From: Candidatus Aminicenantales bacterium | GTDB taxonomy: Bacteria; Acidobacteriota; Aminicenantia; Aminicenantales; UBA4085 | Assembly: GCA_049515535.1 (NCBI GenBank) | Contig: JBEKTZ010000012.1 | Coordinates: 1 to 64,000 of the forward strand | Direction of reading: 5' to 3' | Length of the DNA stretch: 64,000 bases | Shown here: in pieces, positions 9,043 through 18,283 of the stretch | How positions within the stretch are numbered: position 1 is the stretch's first letter | How the letters are laid out: each line of letters opens with the position of its first letter | Notes under the pieces: generated by a model | Databases searched by the model: none | What the model saw: only the letters and a program-made list of their open reading frames with translations | Told to the model about the DNA's origin: nothing | Made by a program: the position numbers and the translations under genes

Positions 9043-10143
9043 TTACGAGATTTCATCTCCGAAACTCGTCCCCAGAGCCCGCGCCGCGGCGACGAGATGG
9101 TGGTCGAGCGGGACGAGCCGAGGACCGCCCGCGGCCGTCTCCAAAGAAACCGAGGTCATCGAGCCGCCTCGCACGGCGACCATCCGGCCGAATTCCTTCC
9201 GGACGATCAAGTCCACGGCCTCTGCCCCCAGTTGCGTCGCGAGGATACGGTCATGGGCCGTGGGAGAGCCGCCTCGCTGCAAATGCCCGAGGACGACGGT
9301 CCTCGTCTCGACCCCGGTCGCGCGTTCGATCTGTTCGCCCAGAACAAATCCCACTCCGCCCAGCCTGACGGGCTCGAAGCTCTTCTCGACGAGCCTTTTG
9401 ACGACGATTTCGCCGCCCACCAGTTTGGCCCCTTCGGCGATGACGATTATGCTGAAACGCTTTCCACGCTTCTTCCTATCATTGACCTTGGCCGCGATGG
9501 CCTCGATGGAATACGGGATCTCCGGAATGAGGATGATGTCTCCGCCGCCGGCTACGCCCGCGTAGAGCGCGATCCATCCCGCCCGCCGGCCCATGACTTC
9601 GACGATCATGATCCGGTGATGAGACTGGGCCGTCGAATGGACCCGGTCGACGGCGTCCGTTGCGACGGCGACGGCCGAATCGAACCCGAAGGTGACGTCG
9701 GTTCCACAGAGGTCGTTGTCGATCGTCTTGGGAACGCCGACGATCCGCGCGCCGTCCTTCATGAGCCTCCCGGCGATTGCGAGCGTCCCATCCCCGCCGA
9801 CGCAGACAAGGCCCTCGACTTTGAGCGCTCTCAAATTGGCCAGAACCGTCCGCGAGACATCTCTGAAAACGATTTCCTTCCCCTTCGGCTCGGCCCACCG
9901 ATAGGGATTCGAGATATTGGAAGTGCCGAGGATGGTCCCTCCCATCGTCAGGATTCCCGAGACATCGCTATAGGCCAGTTTTCTATGGCGATCGCGGATG
10001 AGGCCATCGAATCCGTCCTGGATGCCGATGACCTCCATCCCGTATTTCAGTATGGCTTTCTTGGTCAAGGCCCGGATGACGGCGTTGATGCCCGGACAGT
10101 CACCTCCCCCCGTGAGAATGGCGATGCTTCGTTTCCCGGCCAT
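9043..10143 (-). CDS. pfkA: 6-phosphofructokinase
   Basis: TGGGDCPG, GGTILGTS, GGDGT, PKTIDND, VEVMGR, LGHLQRGG. Confidence 0.95.
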   Translation of the reverse strand: MAGKRSIAILTGGGDCPGINAVIRALTKKAILKYGMEVIGIQDGFDGLIRDRHRKLAYSDVSGILTMGGTILGTSNISNPYRWAEPKGKEIVFRDVSRTVLANLRALKVEGLVCVGGDGTLAIAGRLMKDGARIVGVPKTIDNDLCGTDVTFGFDSAVAVATDAVDRVHSTAQSHHRIMIVEVMGRRAGWIALYAGVAGGGDIILIPEIPYSIEAIAAKVNDRKKRGKRFSIIVIAEGAKLVGGEIVVKRLVEKSFEPVRLGGVGFVLGEQIERATGVETRTVVLGHLQRGGSPTAHDRILATQLGAEAVDLIVRKEFGRMVAVRGGSMTSVSLETAAGGPRLVPLDHHLVAAARALGTSFGDEIS

Positions 10144-10175
10144 GCGGCCTCCTTCGGCGATTCCAACTCGCCGCG

Positions 10176-11669
10176 TTATCGGATTTTTTTCGCCTCGAGC
10201 TCGAAATCCTGTTGCCAGAGGACCAGGCTGTCGACAAGGCCCTGCTTATTCTTCATGAACTGGATCCGGATATAAGGATCGGTCGCGTAGAAAAGCGTCT
10301 GGCCCTCGGCGTAGAATTTCGTCGGGGCCTGATCCGTCGGCCGGATCACGAGGTAGTAATCCTCGGCCGTCACGTCGAGGACATAGTTCGGATGGACCTC
10401 ATATCGGCCGATGTAGAGGCCGGTGGTGGCCGGATCGAGCCTCAAGACGGGTTTCTCCTCGGGTTGATATTGCGGCCAATCGTAAGCTTCGGCGAGAGCG
10501 CACATGATCTCACGAATGAGGACGAATCCGTTGTCGCTGTTCGTCATGATCACAGCGGCCTGGCCTTTGGCCGGATAAACCGTCATGGAGCAGGCGTATC
10601 CGTTCGTTTTCCCGAGAAGGCTGAAATGGATATCGTCGTCCCGGCCGTCCACCATGAAACCGAAGCCATAGCCCTCGACCTGGGGACTGAGCATGTGGCG
10701 GGCCGTGGCGGGAGCGAGGATCTTCCCTCCCTCGTCCGTCGCTGCCTGCAGCAGATCGGCGAGAAAAGAAGCGAAATCCGACGGCGTCGTCCAGAGTCCC
10801 TTGGCCGCGGCTTCCGGATAATTGTTCCATTGACCTTTGGCCGGCTGACCATCGCGGAGATGTCCGGATGCGGCCCGCGGACGATCTTCGTCGGAAAGCG
10901 GAAGCGCGAACGTGCTGTGGGTCAATCCCAGCGGCTTGAAAACGGTTTCGCTCGCGTAAGCGGGAAACGGCTTTCCGGTCACGTCCGCGAGCAATTGTTC
11001 GAGGATGACATAGCCCGACTCGCTATACCGCGTTTGCGAAACAGAACTTCGACGGCCGGGAGTCCAGACGGGACCGTTGTTGGCCGGTTTTTCTCCGTCG
11101 AGGATCTGGATAAGAGTCGGGAGAGGCACATCCTGGGCGTATCCGGCAAAAACCTGGTCCGAAAGCCCGCCGCTGTGCGTGAGCAGTCCGAACGGCGTGA
11201 TCTTGATATTCGCTCCGGATTCGGCCGGAGGGAGCCGCCACGACCGGAGCAGCGGACCAAGATCGGATTGGAGATCGAGCTTTCCTTTTTCGGCCCATTG
11301 CAGCGCCGCGGCCGCGGCTATCATTTGACTGAAAGCCCCGCCTTGAAAAAGCGTGTCCTTCGTGACGGGCCGGCGGGTCAGGATATCTTGAACGCCGTAG
11401 GCGCGGACCCATTCAATTTTATTCTTGTCAAGGACGGCGATGCTGACGCCCGGAACCTTGTAAAACGGCATCCGCTCGGCGAGGGCCATTTTTTCGGGCT
11501 TGAGGCCTTTCAAGAAGACGGCCCGCATCAAGCCTTTTTCCACCGCGTCGATCCTTTTCTGGGTCTGGGCTTTCCGGGCGTCGCAGCCGGTCAGGAGAAA
11601 ACCGGCGACGATGAAAACGCCGATGGAGTTCTTGAGGAGGCCAAGATGCGTCCGCATCGTGCGATTCAT
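10176..11669 (-). CDS. Beta-lactamase/serine-hydrolase-fold lipoprotein with C-terminal DUF3471-like domain; catalytic SxxK absent
   Basis: Lipobox LLTGC; VPGVSIAV, LLTHSGG, YSESGY, GLWTT. The SxxK position reads GAFSQ. Confidence 0.8.
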   Translation of the reverse strand: MNRTMRTHLGLLKNSIGVFIVAGFLLTGCDARKAQTQKRIDAVEKGLMRAVFLKGLKPEKMALAERMPFYKVPGVSIAVLDKNKIEWVRAYGVQDILTRRPVTKDTLFQGGAFSQMIAAAAALQWAEKGKLDLQSDLGPLLRSWRLPPAESGANIKITPFGLLTHSGGLSDQVFAGYAQDVPLPTLIQILDGEKPANNGPVWTPGRRSSVSQTRYSESGYVILEQLLADVTGKPFPAYASETVFKPLGLTHSTFALPLSDEDRPRAASGHLRDGQPAKGQWNNYPEAAAKGLWTTPSDFASFLADLLQAATDEGGKILAPATARHMLSPQVEGYGFGFMVDGRDDDIHFSLLGKTNGYACSMTVYPAKGQAAVIMTNSDNGFVLIREIMCALAEAYDWPQYQPEEKPVLRLDPATTGLYIGRYEVHPNYVLDVTAEDYYLVIRPTDQAPTKFYAEGQTLFYATDPYIRIQFMKNKQGLVDSLVLWQQDFELEAKKIR

Positions 11670-11711
11670 GTTCCCCTGTTCATAAAGGCCGCGTTCACGA
11701 CGGGACAGGCG

Positions 11712-13559
11712 TTATTTGAGACGGACGTTGTCGATGGTCAAAGTGAATTTCCCGGGCTCGTCATACGCGCCGATGAAGACGGCCATGAGACCGCCGCCGT
11801 CCAATTGGAAATCCGCGAAGGGGAAAAAGTATTCCTTCCACTCCGGACCGGCCGAGAATATTTTCGTCGCCGGGATGAAACCTCGGCCTTGCGAAAATAT
11901 TAACATCGAGTACGTGCGGACGTCGCCTTTGGCCCAAAAACCGATCCCCTTCTTCGACGAAAGGTTCACCGGAGCCATGACCGTTTTGCCCGGCGAGAAC
12001 ATGGCCCCGGCCCAACGGAAGGCCGCGCCGGCGACGATTTCTCCCGTGATCTGGAGGGCCCCTTGGCTCCCGGCCGCTCCGCCCTTGACCAATTGCATGA
12101 CGGCCTGGGATTTGCCGCCGTAAATCGTATCCGTCGAGATCACCCAGCCCGCGCCGAACGCGGACGCGATCCGATCGCCTTCAAAATCGCTGATCATCCC
12201 GGATTCCCCATATTCCGGAGGCGGGGCGCTGCTCGTCTGGGCGGCCTTCTCCCTTTCGACCGAGGCTTCGGCGGCGTACGCTTTCCGGTCCACCCGGACG
12301 CCGTCTTTCCAGACCTCGACGATCTTGCGGGTCATCATGATGTCGGACGTCGGATCGCCCTCGACGAGCAGAAGGTCCGCGGCGAAACCCTGTCGGATGC
12401 GGCCGCGGCCGGCGATATGGAACATATCCGCCGGGACGGATGTCGCCGCCCGCAGCACTTCGACCGGCGTCAACCCGGCCGCGACGAGCAGGGCCAATTC
12501 ACGATGCAGGCTCGGGCCGAAGGCCGTGCTCGGATTGGGAGTGTCCGTTCCGGCCAGAATCGGGACGCCCGCCGCTTTGAGTTGGCGAAGGGCCCGCTCC
12601 GCGGACGCATAAGCGGACTTGCCCGTCGTGAATTGAACGCCGGTTTGAAGGCCCTGCTTGTCAGCCGGTTTCAGGAACGGCGACAGATCGGGGTCCGCGA
12701 TGAGGCTTTCGGTATCGACGGTCCCCGACATCGTCCGAAGAATGCTGAGGGTGGGAATGACAAAGGCCTTTTGTCTCGCGGCCAGCTTGCCGAAATCGGG
12801 ATCAAACGCGTCTTCGAAATAGAGGTGAGCCAGGCCGTCCACGCCCGCTCGCAGCGCATCCTCGCAGTTCTTAAGGGTGGCGGCATGAATGACCGCCTTT
12901 TTCCCATTTTTGTGGGCCGCGTCGATCAAAGCCGCCACCTCGGCGTCGGTCAACGTGTTCCATTTCATATGATAGGTTGAACCGTCGTCATGGATGATCT
13001 TGATGAAATCCGAGCCCTCGGCGATGCGGCCGGCGACGAATTCCCGGGCCTGGTCAGGCGAAGAGATCAGCGGAATGGCCACGCCGAATTGCGTTCCGTG
13101 TCCCCCGGCGACGGTCGCCAGGCTCCCGGACGATACGAGGAACGCCTGATCGGACGCTTTGCCTTCGGCCCGCGCTTTCTTGATGCTCTGCATGACATTG
13201 ACGCTCATGAACATATCCACGACCGTGGTCACGCCGAACACGAGAGCCTGTTTCAATTGGTCGGGGCTCCAGACATGGACATGGGCGTCCGTCAGGCCGG
13301 GCAGAAGCGTTTTTCCATGACCGTCGATGACCGTGGCCTCCGGAGGGACCATGATTCCCTGTCCAAGCGCGGCGATCTTTTCTCCTTCGATGACGACGGT
13401 TCCGGAAGGAATGATCCTGTCGCCGTCGAAAATGCGGACGTCTCTGATGACGACAGCCGCGGACGGACGGTTTTGGATCGCCCGATGAGACGAACCGGCG
13501 GATAGGATGCCGAATAAGATCAGGATGGCTGAAAAAACAAAAAATTTTCTGATTTTCAT
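11712..13559 (-). CDS. Secreted amidohydrolase with C-terminal CIA30-like domain
   Basis: Signal peptide; PGLTDAHVH, FIKII, IHA, AH, AGTD, ADLLLV; C-terminal ISDFEG..W..STD..YGG.S..W.EY..PF.DF. Confidence 0.85.
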   Translation of the reverse strand: MKIRKFFVFSAILILFGILSAGSSHRAIQNRPSAAVVIRDVRIFDGDRIIPSGTVVIEGEKIAALGQGIMVPPEATVIDGHGKTLLPGLTDAHVHVWSPDQLKQALVFGVTTVVDMFMSVNVMQSIKKARAEGKASDQAFLVSSGSLATVAGGHGTQFGVAIPLISSPDQAREFVAGRIAEGSDFIKIIHDDGSTYHMKWNTLTDAEVAALIDAAHKNGKKAVIHAATLKNCEDALRAGVDGLAHLYFEDAFDPDFGKLAARQKAFVIPTLSILRTMSGTVDTESLIADPDLSPFLKPADKQGLQTGVQFTTGKSAYASAERALRQLKAAGVPILAGTDTPNPSTAFGPSLHRELALLVAAGLTPVEVLRAATSVPADMFHIAGRGRIRQGFAADLLLVEGDPTSDIMMTRKIVEVWKDGVRVDRKAYAAEASVEREKAAQTSSAPPPEYGESGMISDFEGDRIASAFGAGWVISTDTIYGGKSQAVMQLVKGGAAGSQGALQITGEIVAGAAFRWAGAMFSPGKTVMAPVNLSSKKGIGFWAKGDVRTYSMLIFSQGRGFIPATKIFSAGPEWKEYFFPFADFQLDGGGLMAVFIGAYDEPGKFTLTIDNVRLK

Positions 13560-13568
13560 GATGATCTC

Positions 13569-14288
13569 CTACATCTTCCAGGCGCCGGCCACGATCAGAT
13601 CGGTCCCGGTGACCGCCCCGGCTTTGTCCGAAGTCAGATAACAAACGGCGGCGGCGACATCGGCGAAAGTCCCCATCGTTCTTTTATCGGCCTTGAGCCC
13701 GGGCGGAAGGACGCCGCCCTCTAAAAGTCCCGGTGAGACCATATTGACCGTGACCCCGGATCCCGCTTCCGCGGCGGCGGCCGTCCGGGTCAGGATGAGC
13801 AGGCTCGTTTTCGCCGCGGCGTAGGCCGTGATCGTCGGGAACGCCGCGAGCTGTTCGGCCCGGCTGTAGCCGATATTGATGATCCTTCCCCATTTTCGCG
13901 TCCGCATTCCAGGCAACGCCGCTTTGAGACAGGAAAAAGAGCTGAGAAGGTTGGCCCGGAATATCCGGATCCAATCCCCGGCGGTAAGCTCGATCCAGGG
14001 TTTCATCAGGATCGGCCCGACGTTGTTGACGAGAATATCGAGCCGTCCGAATTTCCGTTCGACGCCGCGGACGAGGGCGGCCGCTTCGCTCTCCTTCGTC
14101 AGGTCCGCGCGCAGGGCCGCGCTCAGCTTCCCTTTGTTGCGCACCATGCGGGCCGTTTCCTCGGCCGAATTTTTTCTCGAAAGGTAATGAACGGCGACGC
14201 CGGCCGTCGCGTCCGCCAGGGCGAGCGCGATTTCACGGCCGAGCCCCCGGCCGGCGCCCGTGACGAGAGCGATTCTTTGGCTGCTCAT
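13569..14288 (-). CDS. Short-chain dehydrogenase/reductase
   Basis: TGAGRGLG, LDILVNNVG, YAAAK; start moved to the ATG at 14288 behind an AGGAG RBS. Confidence 0.9.
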   Translation of the reverse strand: MSSQRIALVTGAGRGLGREIALALADATAGVAVHYLSRKNSAEETARMVRNKGKLSAALRADLTKESEAAALVRGVERKFGRLDILVNNVGPILMKPWIELTAGDWIRIFRANLLSSFSCLKAALPGMRTRKWGRIINIGYSRAEQLAAFPTITAYAAAKTSLLILTRTAAAAEAGSGVTVNMVSPGLLEGGVLPPGLKADKRTMGTFADVAAAVCYLTSDKAGAVTGTDLIVAGAWKM

Positions 14289-14400
14289 GGCTCTCCTAGT
14301 ATCCCCTATTTCCCCGTTTGATTTCAAATGGTCCATATGCTATAAGTGATGATTCTCCATTCCGTCAAACAAAGAAAATCTTATTTTTGAAGGCCCTCAT

Positions 14401-15378
14401 ATGAAAACGATGGAAAGGATCATGGTCACGGGAGCGTCGGGTCAGATCGGGACCGATCTCCTCAAAGTCCTGCGTAGGAAGCATGGCGATTCCAACGTCG
14501 TGGCCGCGGACATTCAAAAAATCGCGGACCCCGTGTCGCGCGAATCCGGACCTTTTGAATTCTGCGACGTGACGAAACGGGAGCAGATCGAAGACGTCGT
14601 CCGCAAATACGATATCGACACGATCTATCATCTCGCGGCCATTTTATCCGCCACGGGCGAAAAGAATCCGGGCCTGGCCTGGGACGTCAATATGAACGGC
14701 ACGTATAACGTCCTCGAGACGGCCCGCGGGCACGAGATGGCGCGGGTCTTTGTTCCCAGCTCGATCGCCGCCTTCGGGCCGGAAACGCCGCGCGATCATA
14801 CGCCGCAGGAAACCATCCTCCGACCGAAGACGATCTACGGCGTCACGAAAGTGGCCGGCGAACTCCTCTGCGACTATTACGTGAAGCGCTTCGGCCTGGA
14901 CGTGCGCGGCTGCCGCTTTCCCGGCATCATCAGCCACGCGGCCCTTCCCGGCGGAGGCACGACGGACTACGCGGTCGCGATCTTCTATGAAGCCGTCAAG
15001 AACGGGAAATACACCTGCTTTCTCAAGGAAGACACCCGGCTCCCCATGATGTACATGCCGGATTGCTTGAAATCCGTCCTCGGCCTGATGAACGCCGATT
15101 TCTCCCGGCTCAGACATCATGCCGATTTCAATTTGGCGGCCATGAGCTTCACTCCGTCCGAGCTCGCCGCGGAGATCAAGAAGCGCATCCCGGATTTTGT
15201 CTGTGATTACAAACCCGATTTCCGGCAGGCCATCGCCGACTCCTGGCCGATGTCGATCGACGATTCCGCAGCGCGCGAAGAATGGAATTGGAAGCCGGAT
15301 TTCGATCTCCCGACCATGACCGGAGACATGTTGGCCGCCCTCTCCAAGCGCCACGCCGAAGGTCGACTCAACTACTGA
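14401..15378 (+). CDS. L-threonine 3-dehydrogenase (SDR/epimerase type)
   Basis: GASGQIG, HLAAILSATGEKNP, PSSIAAFG, YGVTK, PGGGTTDYAV, RQAIADSWP. Confidence 0.9.
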   Translation: MKTMERIMVTGASGQIGTDLLKVLRRKHGDSNVVAADIQKIADPVSRESGPFEFCDVTKREQIEDVVRKYDIDTIYHLAAILSATGEKNPGLAWDVNMNGTYNVLETARGHEMARVFVPSSIAAFGPETPRDHTPQETILRPKTIYGVTKVAGELLCDYYVKRFGLDVRGCRFPGIISHAALPGGGTTDYAVAIFYEAVKNGKYTCFLKEDTRLPMMYMPDCLKSVLGLMNADFSRLRHHADFNLAAMSFTPSELAAEIKKRIPDFVCDYKPDFRQAIADSWPMSIDDSAAREEWNWKPDFDLPTMTGDMLAALSKRHAEGRLNY

Positions 15379-15418
15379 TCAGCGAATCGGGGCCGACAAG
15401 AAATCCCAGGACCTCCTT

Positions 15419-15498
15419 CGACCAAGGGGGCGGCTCCCCCTTGGATCCCTCTACGAGCGGTTCCCTATGGCGAGCCATAGGACTTATCAACCGCTCGT
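15419..15498. repeat. 80-bp palindromic repeat, family B copy 1
   Basis: Hairpin CCAAGGGGG-CGG-CTCCCCCTTGG followed by a nested hairpin ACGAGCGGTT..CCTATGGC/GCCATAGG..AACCGCTCGT; second copy at 22835-22914. Confidence 0.85.
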
Positions 15499-15504
15499 AA
15501 AAGT

Positions 15505-16362
15505 TTAGAAAGGCATGTCGGAAAAAGAAGTTGAATGATGTTGAATTTCCGTGAGCGTCGCTAAGGCGCCGCCGGCCAAACCGATCTGGCCGGCAGGGAC
15601 ATCGGCTTCGCGGGCATTGATACGGATCAGACGCGTGTGCGGCCTTAAAAGGAGCCGTTCGGCCATAGAGCGCACACTGGGCACGGCCGTACCCGCGCCG
15701 CACTCGACGATGACCAGGTTTTTGCCCTCAATCTTTTCCAGCCATTGGCTGAAACGGTAATGCTGCTTCTGGCTGCGCCGCGGCTGCCAATTCCAGTCGC
15801 CGAACATCATCACGTTGGGCCTGGCCAATTGACCACAGTTTGGACAACTCGGCAGCGGCGGCTGCGCCCGCATATTTTCCTCATGCACTTCGACAAATAT
15901 TTCTGCCGCCGGCCAGATGTCAGCGCAGCGGCCCATGCACTGCAGGTGGTGAATGGAGCCGTGGCATTCACTGACCCGTTCGGCGTCAAAGCCGATTTTC
16001 TGGAACTGGCCGTCGACGTTGGATGTGAAGACAAAATAGCCGCCGGATTTGTTCGCGCTCCAAGCCAGCAGCAGGGCAAATCCCGGGTGGGGAATGGTCT
16101 GCCGGTAGAGGTTGAGGCGGTGGCCGTAAAATCCCCAGGCTAAGGCCGGATCGGAATGAAACCATTCGGGGTTGGCTAGCTCGTAAAAATCGAGCCCCAG
16201 TTTGCGGTATGGAGGATAGGCGTTCCAGAAGCCCTGGCGGCCGCGGAAATCGGGCAGGCCGGAATCGACCCCCATACCCGCCCCGGCGCAGACCAGCAGT
16301 GCTTCGGCTTCATTGATCCAGCTGGCGGCCGCCGCGATCTTTTCTTGCCAAGCATCAGTCAT
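15505..16362 (-). CDS. Sir2-family NAD-dependent deacylase
   Basis: GAGMGVDSGLPDFRG, TSNVDG, ECHGS, CxxC zinc pair, RPNVMMFGD, IRIN. Confidence 0.9.
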   Translation of the reverse strand: MTDAWQEKIAAAASWINEAEALLVCAGAGMGVDSGLPDFRGRQGFWNAYPPYRKLGLDFYELANPEWFHSDPALAWGFYGHRLNLYRQTIPHPGFALLLAWSANKSGGYFVFTSNVDGQFQKIGFDAERVSECHGSIHHLQCMGRCADIWPAAEIFVEVHEENMRAQPPLPSCPNCGQLARPNVMMFGDWNWQPRRSQKQHYRFSQWLEKIEGKNLVIVECGAGTAVPSVRSMAERLLLRPHTRLIRINAREADVPAGQIGLAGGALATLTEIQHHSTSFSDMPF

Positions 16363-16487
16363 GATAATCCATCGTCTTCAGATCGGCCGCGCGTCTTGGC
16401 CGTATCGATAACCGATCTTGCCCTCGGGCTCTAAAAACGAGAGCCTCTCCAAGGACAACACCGTCCTGAAAAAAACTCTATTTGGGG

Positions 16488-16511
16488 ATTGAGTTGTCTG
16501 TCACCGAAATT
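16488..16511 (+). repeat. Left arm of a 24-bp inverted repeat pair
   Basis: ATTGAGTTGTCTGTCACCGAAATT; its reverse complement lies at 20455-20478 with one mismatch. Confidence 0.85.
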
Positions 16512-16525
16512 CGGGGCACTCCCCC

Positions 16526-18283
16526 CTACTTCAACTCTACCGTCTTCGAAATCTTCCCCGCATGTCTTGACTCGTACAGGATCGTGATCTCGCCCTTGCC
16601 CTCGACCAAGAACTGGTGCTCGACCTTGCCGAACCCCGGCACGGACAGGAATTGGATCTCGGGTTTATATTTTTTGTAGGCGATGAGCTCCAGATAAGAA
16701 TCATTGAGCAGGCCGCCGGCGAGGACCTTGGCCTCGACCCCCGTTACCTTGAGCATGTCCTTGGGATAGAGATTGGTCTTTTGGGCGAGAGCGCTCATGG
16801 ACGGGATGGCCTTGGCATTCGCCAACCGGGTCCTGACGCGAAAGAGGTTCTTGCCCACCGCTTTCACCTCGGTCACTTCGAGGCTGACGGAAGGCACGTT
16901 TTTGGCCGCGAAGATCACGGTCATGGCGTTGCGATGGACCATGTCCTTGATCATGAACGGCGCGGGGAGGCGGGAGCTCATCTTGACCCAGCCGCCGATT
17001 TCGATGTCGCCGTAGGCCGGGTGCTTGAAAGGCTTCCACGGCTTATAGAGCTCGCCCATGGCCAGGTTGTCGTTGAACTTGATTCGCTCGCGGTCGGAAA
17101 TCCCCTCCGAGAGCATGGCCCCGATCCCCGTTTCCGCGGCCGAGCCTCCGGTTTTCTCCGACGCACCGTGAAAAGCCTCGGCCTGCGCCTGGAATACTTC
17201 GGCCACGTAGGCGTAAGCGCCCATGGTCTGGGCCAGCCACTCCACGGAATCGCCGTACGTCGGGTAGAGGTCTTTCCAGGAGATGAGATAACGATAGCCC
17301 GGCATGATCCTTTCGGCCTGCTTGCCGAGATAGTCATAGACGCCGACATCCGAGGCGGGATACTCCCCGACCGCCTTCCGGCTGGGGCCGCGCAGGTACA
17401 TCCCGCCGAAGTTGTGGAAGGACCAACCGATCGTGATATTGGTCTTCATCGTGGTCCATTCGGCCAGGGCCTTGAGCCCGACGCCGGCAAAGGGATATTC
17501 GCCCGAGCCGGACTGGACGTAGGGCGGGGCCCAGTCGAACCCCCAATTCCGGTTGGGATCGACGTAGCCTTCGCCGTCTTCGTTGATCTTGCCGTCGCCG
17601 TCGTTGTCGATGCCCTCTTCGCCGAGGATGGTCCACTCGCCCTTCTCCCCCGGCTTGACCGGGACCATCAGCCGCGGATCCTCGGGATCGGTTTTGTAAG
17701 CGCCGAAGGGATCGCGCTTGCGCATGACGCAGATGTTGCCGTCGCCGTCGAGATCGTCGGGGCCGTCCTCGTCGATCAAGCCGTCATGGTCGTCGTCGGT
17801 GGGGATGCGCAAGCCGCGGTTGGAGCTCGAGGTATTGGCGTCGGAGAAGAAATGATATCGTCCGTCCACGTTGACCACGGGCACGACGTAGAAGCACGTC
17901 CGGTCGAGGAGGGCTGTAATCTCTTCGTTGCGGCCGTAGTTACTCAGCAGGTAATCGAGCAGGTAGAGCGCGATCTCGGCGCCCTGGATCTCGTTACCGT
18001 GAATATTGCCGTCGACGTAAACGCCCGGCTTGGTCAGGGCGGCGCCGGTCTTGGGGTTGTTGACGGTCATGGCCATGAGAGGCCGGCCCTCGTCGCTCTT
18101 CCCGACTTCCTCGAGGGTCGTCAGGGCCGGGTAAGCTTTGTTCAGCGCTTTGAGCGCTTCGTAAACCTGGTCCAGCGGATAGTAATGGTCGAACCGCAGA
18201 GGCACGCTGATTTCGGGTTTGTCCGCGGGCAGGGAGAACGAGAGAAGAGTGAGCAGGAGTCCGAGGCCGATAAGCTTTTTCAT
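16526..18283 (-). CDS. Secreted M14 zinc carboxypeptidase with DxDxDG calcium-binding repeats
   Basis: Signal peptide; NIHGNE (HxxE), NVDG, DPNRNW, SFHN; DDDHDG, DLDGDG and DNDGDG repeats. Confidence 0.9.
   Translation of the reverse strand: MKKLIGLGLLLTLLSFSLPADKPEISVPLRFDHYYPLDQVYEALKALNKAYPALTTLEEVGKSDEGRPLMAMTVNNPKTGAALTKPGVYVDGNIHGNEIQGAEIALYLLDYLLSNYGRNEEITALLDRTCFYVVPVVNVDGRYHFFSDANTSSSNRGLRIPTDDDHDGLIDEDGPDDLDGDGNICVMRKRDPFGAYKTDPEDPRLMVPVKPGEKGEWTILGEEGIDNDGDGKINEDGEGYVDPNRNWGFDWAPPYVQSGSGEYPFAGVGLKALAEWTTMKTNITIGWSFHNFGGMYLRGPSRKAVGEYPASDVGVYDYLGKQAERIMPGYRYLISWKDLYPTYGDSVEWLAQTMGAYAYVAEVFQAQAEAFHGASEKTGGSAAETGIGAMLSEGISDRERIKFNDNLAMGELYKPWKPFKHPAYGDIEIGGWVKMSSRLPAPFMIKDMVHRNAMTVIFAAKNVPSVSLEVTEVKAVGKNLFRVRTRLANAKAIPSMSALAQKTNLYPKDMLKVTGVEAKVLAGGLLNDSYLELIAYKKYKPEIQFLSVPGFGKVEHQFLVEGKGEITILYESRHAGKISKTVELK

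Noticed and set aside
15505..16362. Sirtuin as an anti-phage SIR2 effector
   Set aside because: It is a standalone zinc-binding deacylase type with no STAND, HerA or Argonaute partner, and it lies outside the defence islet.
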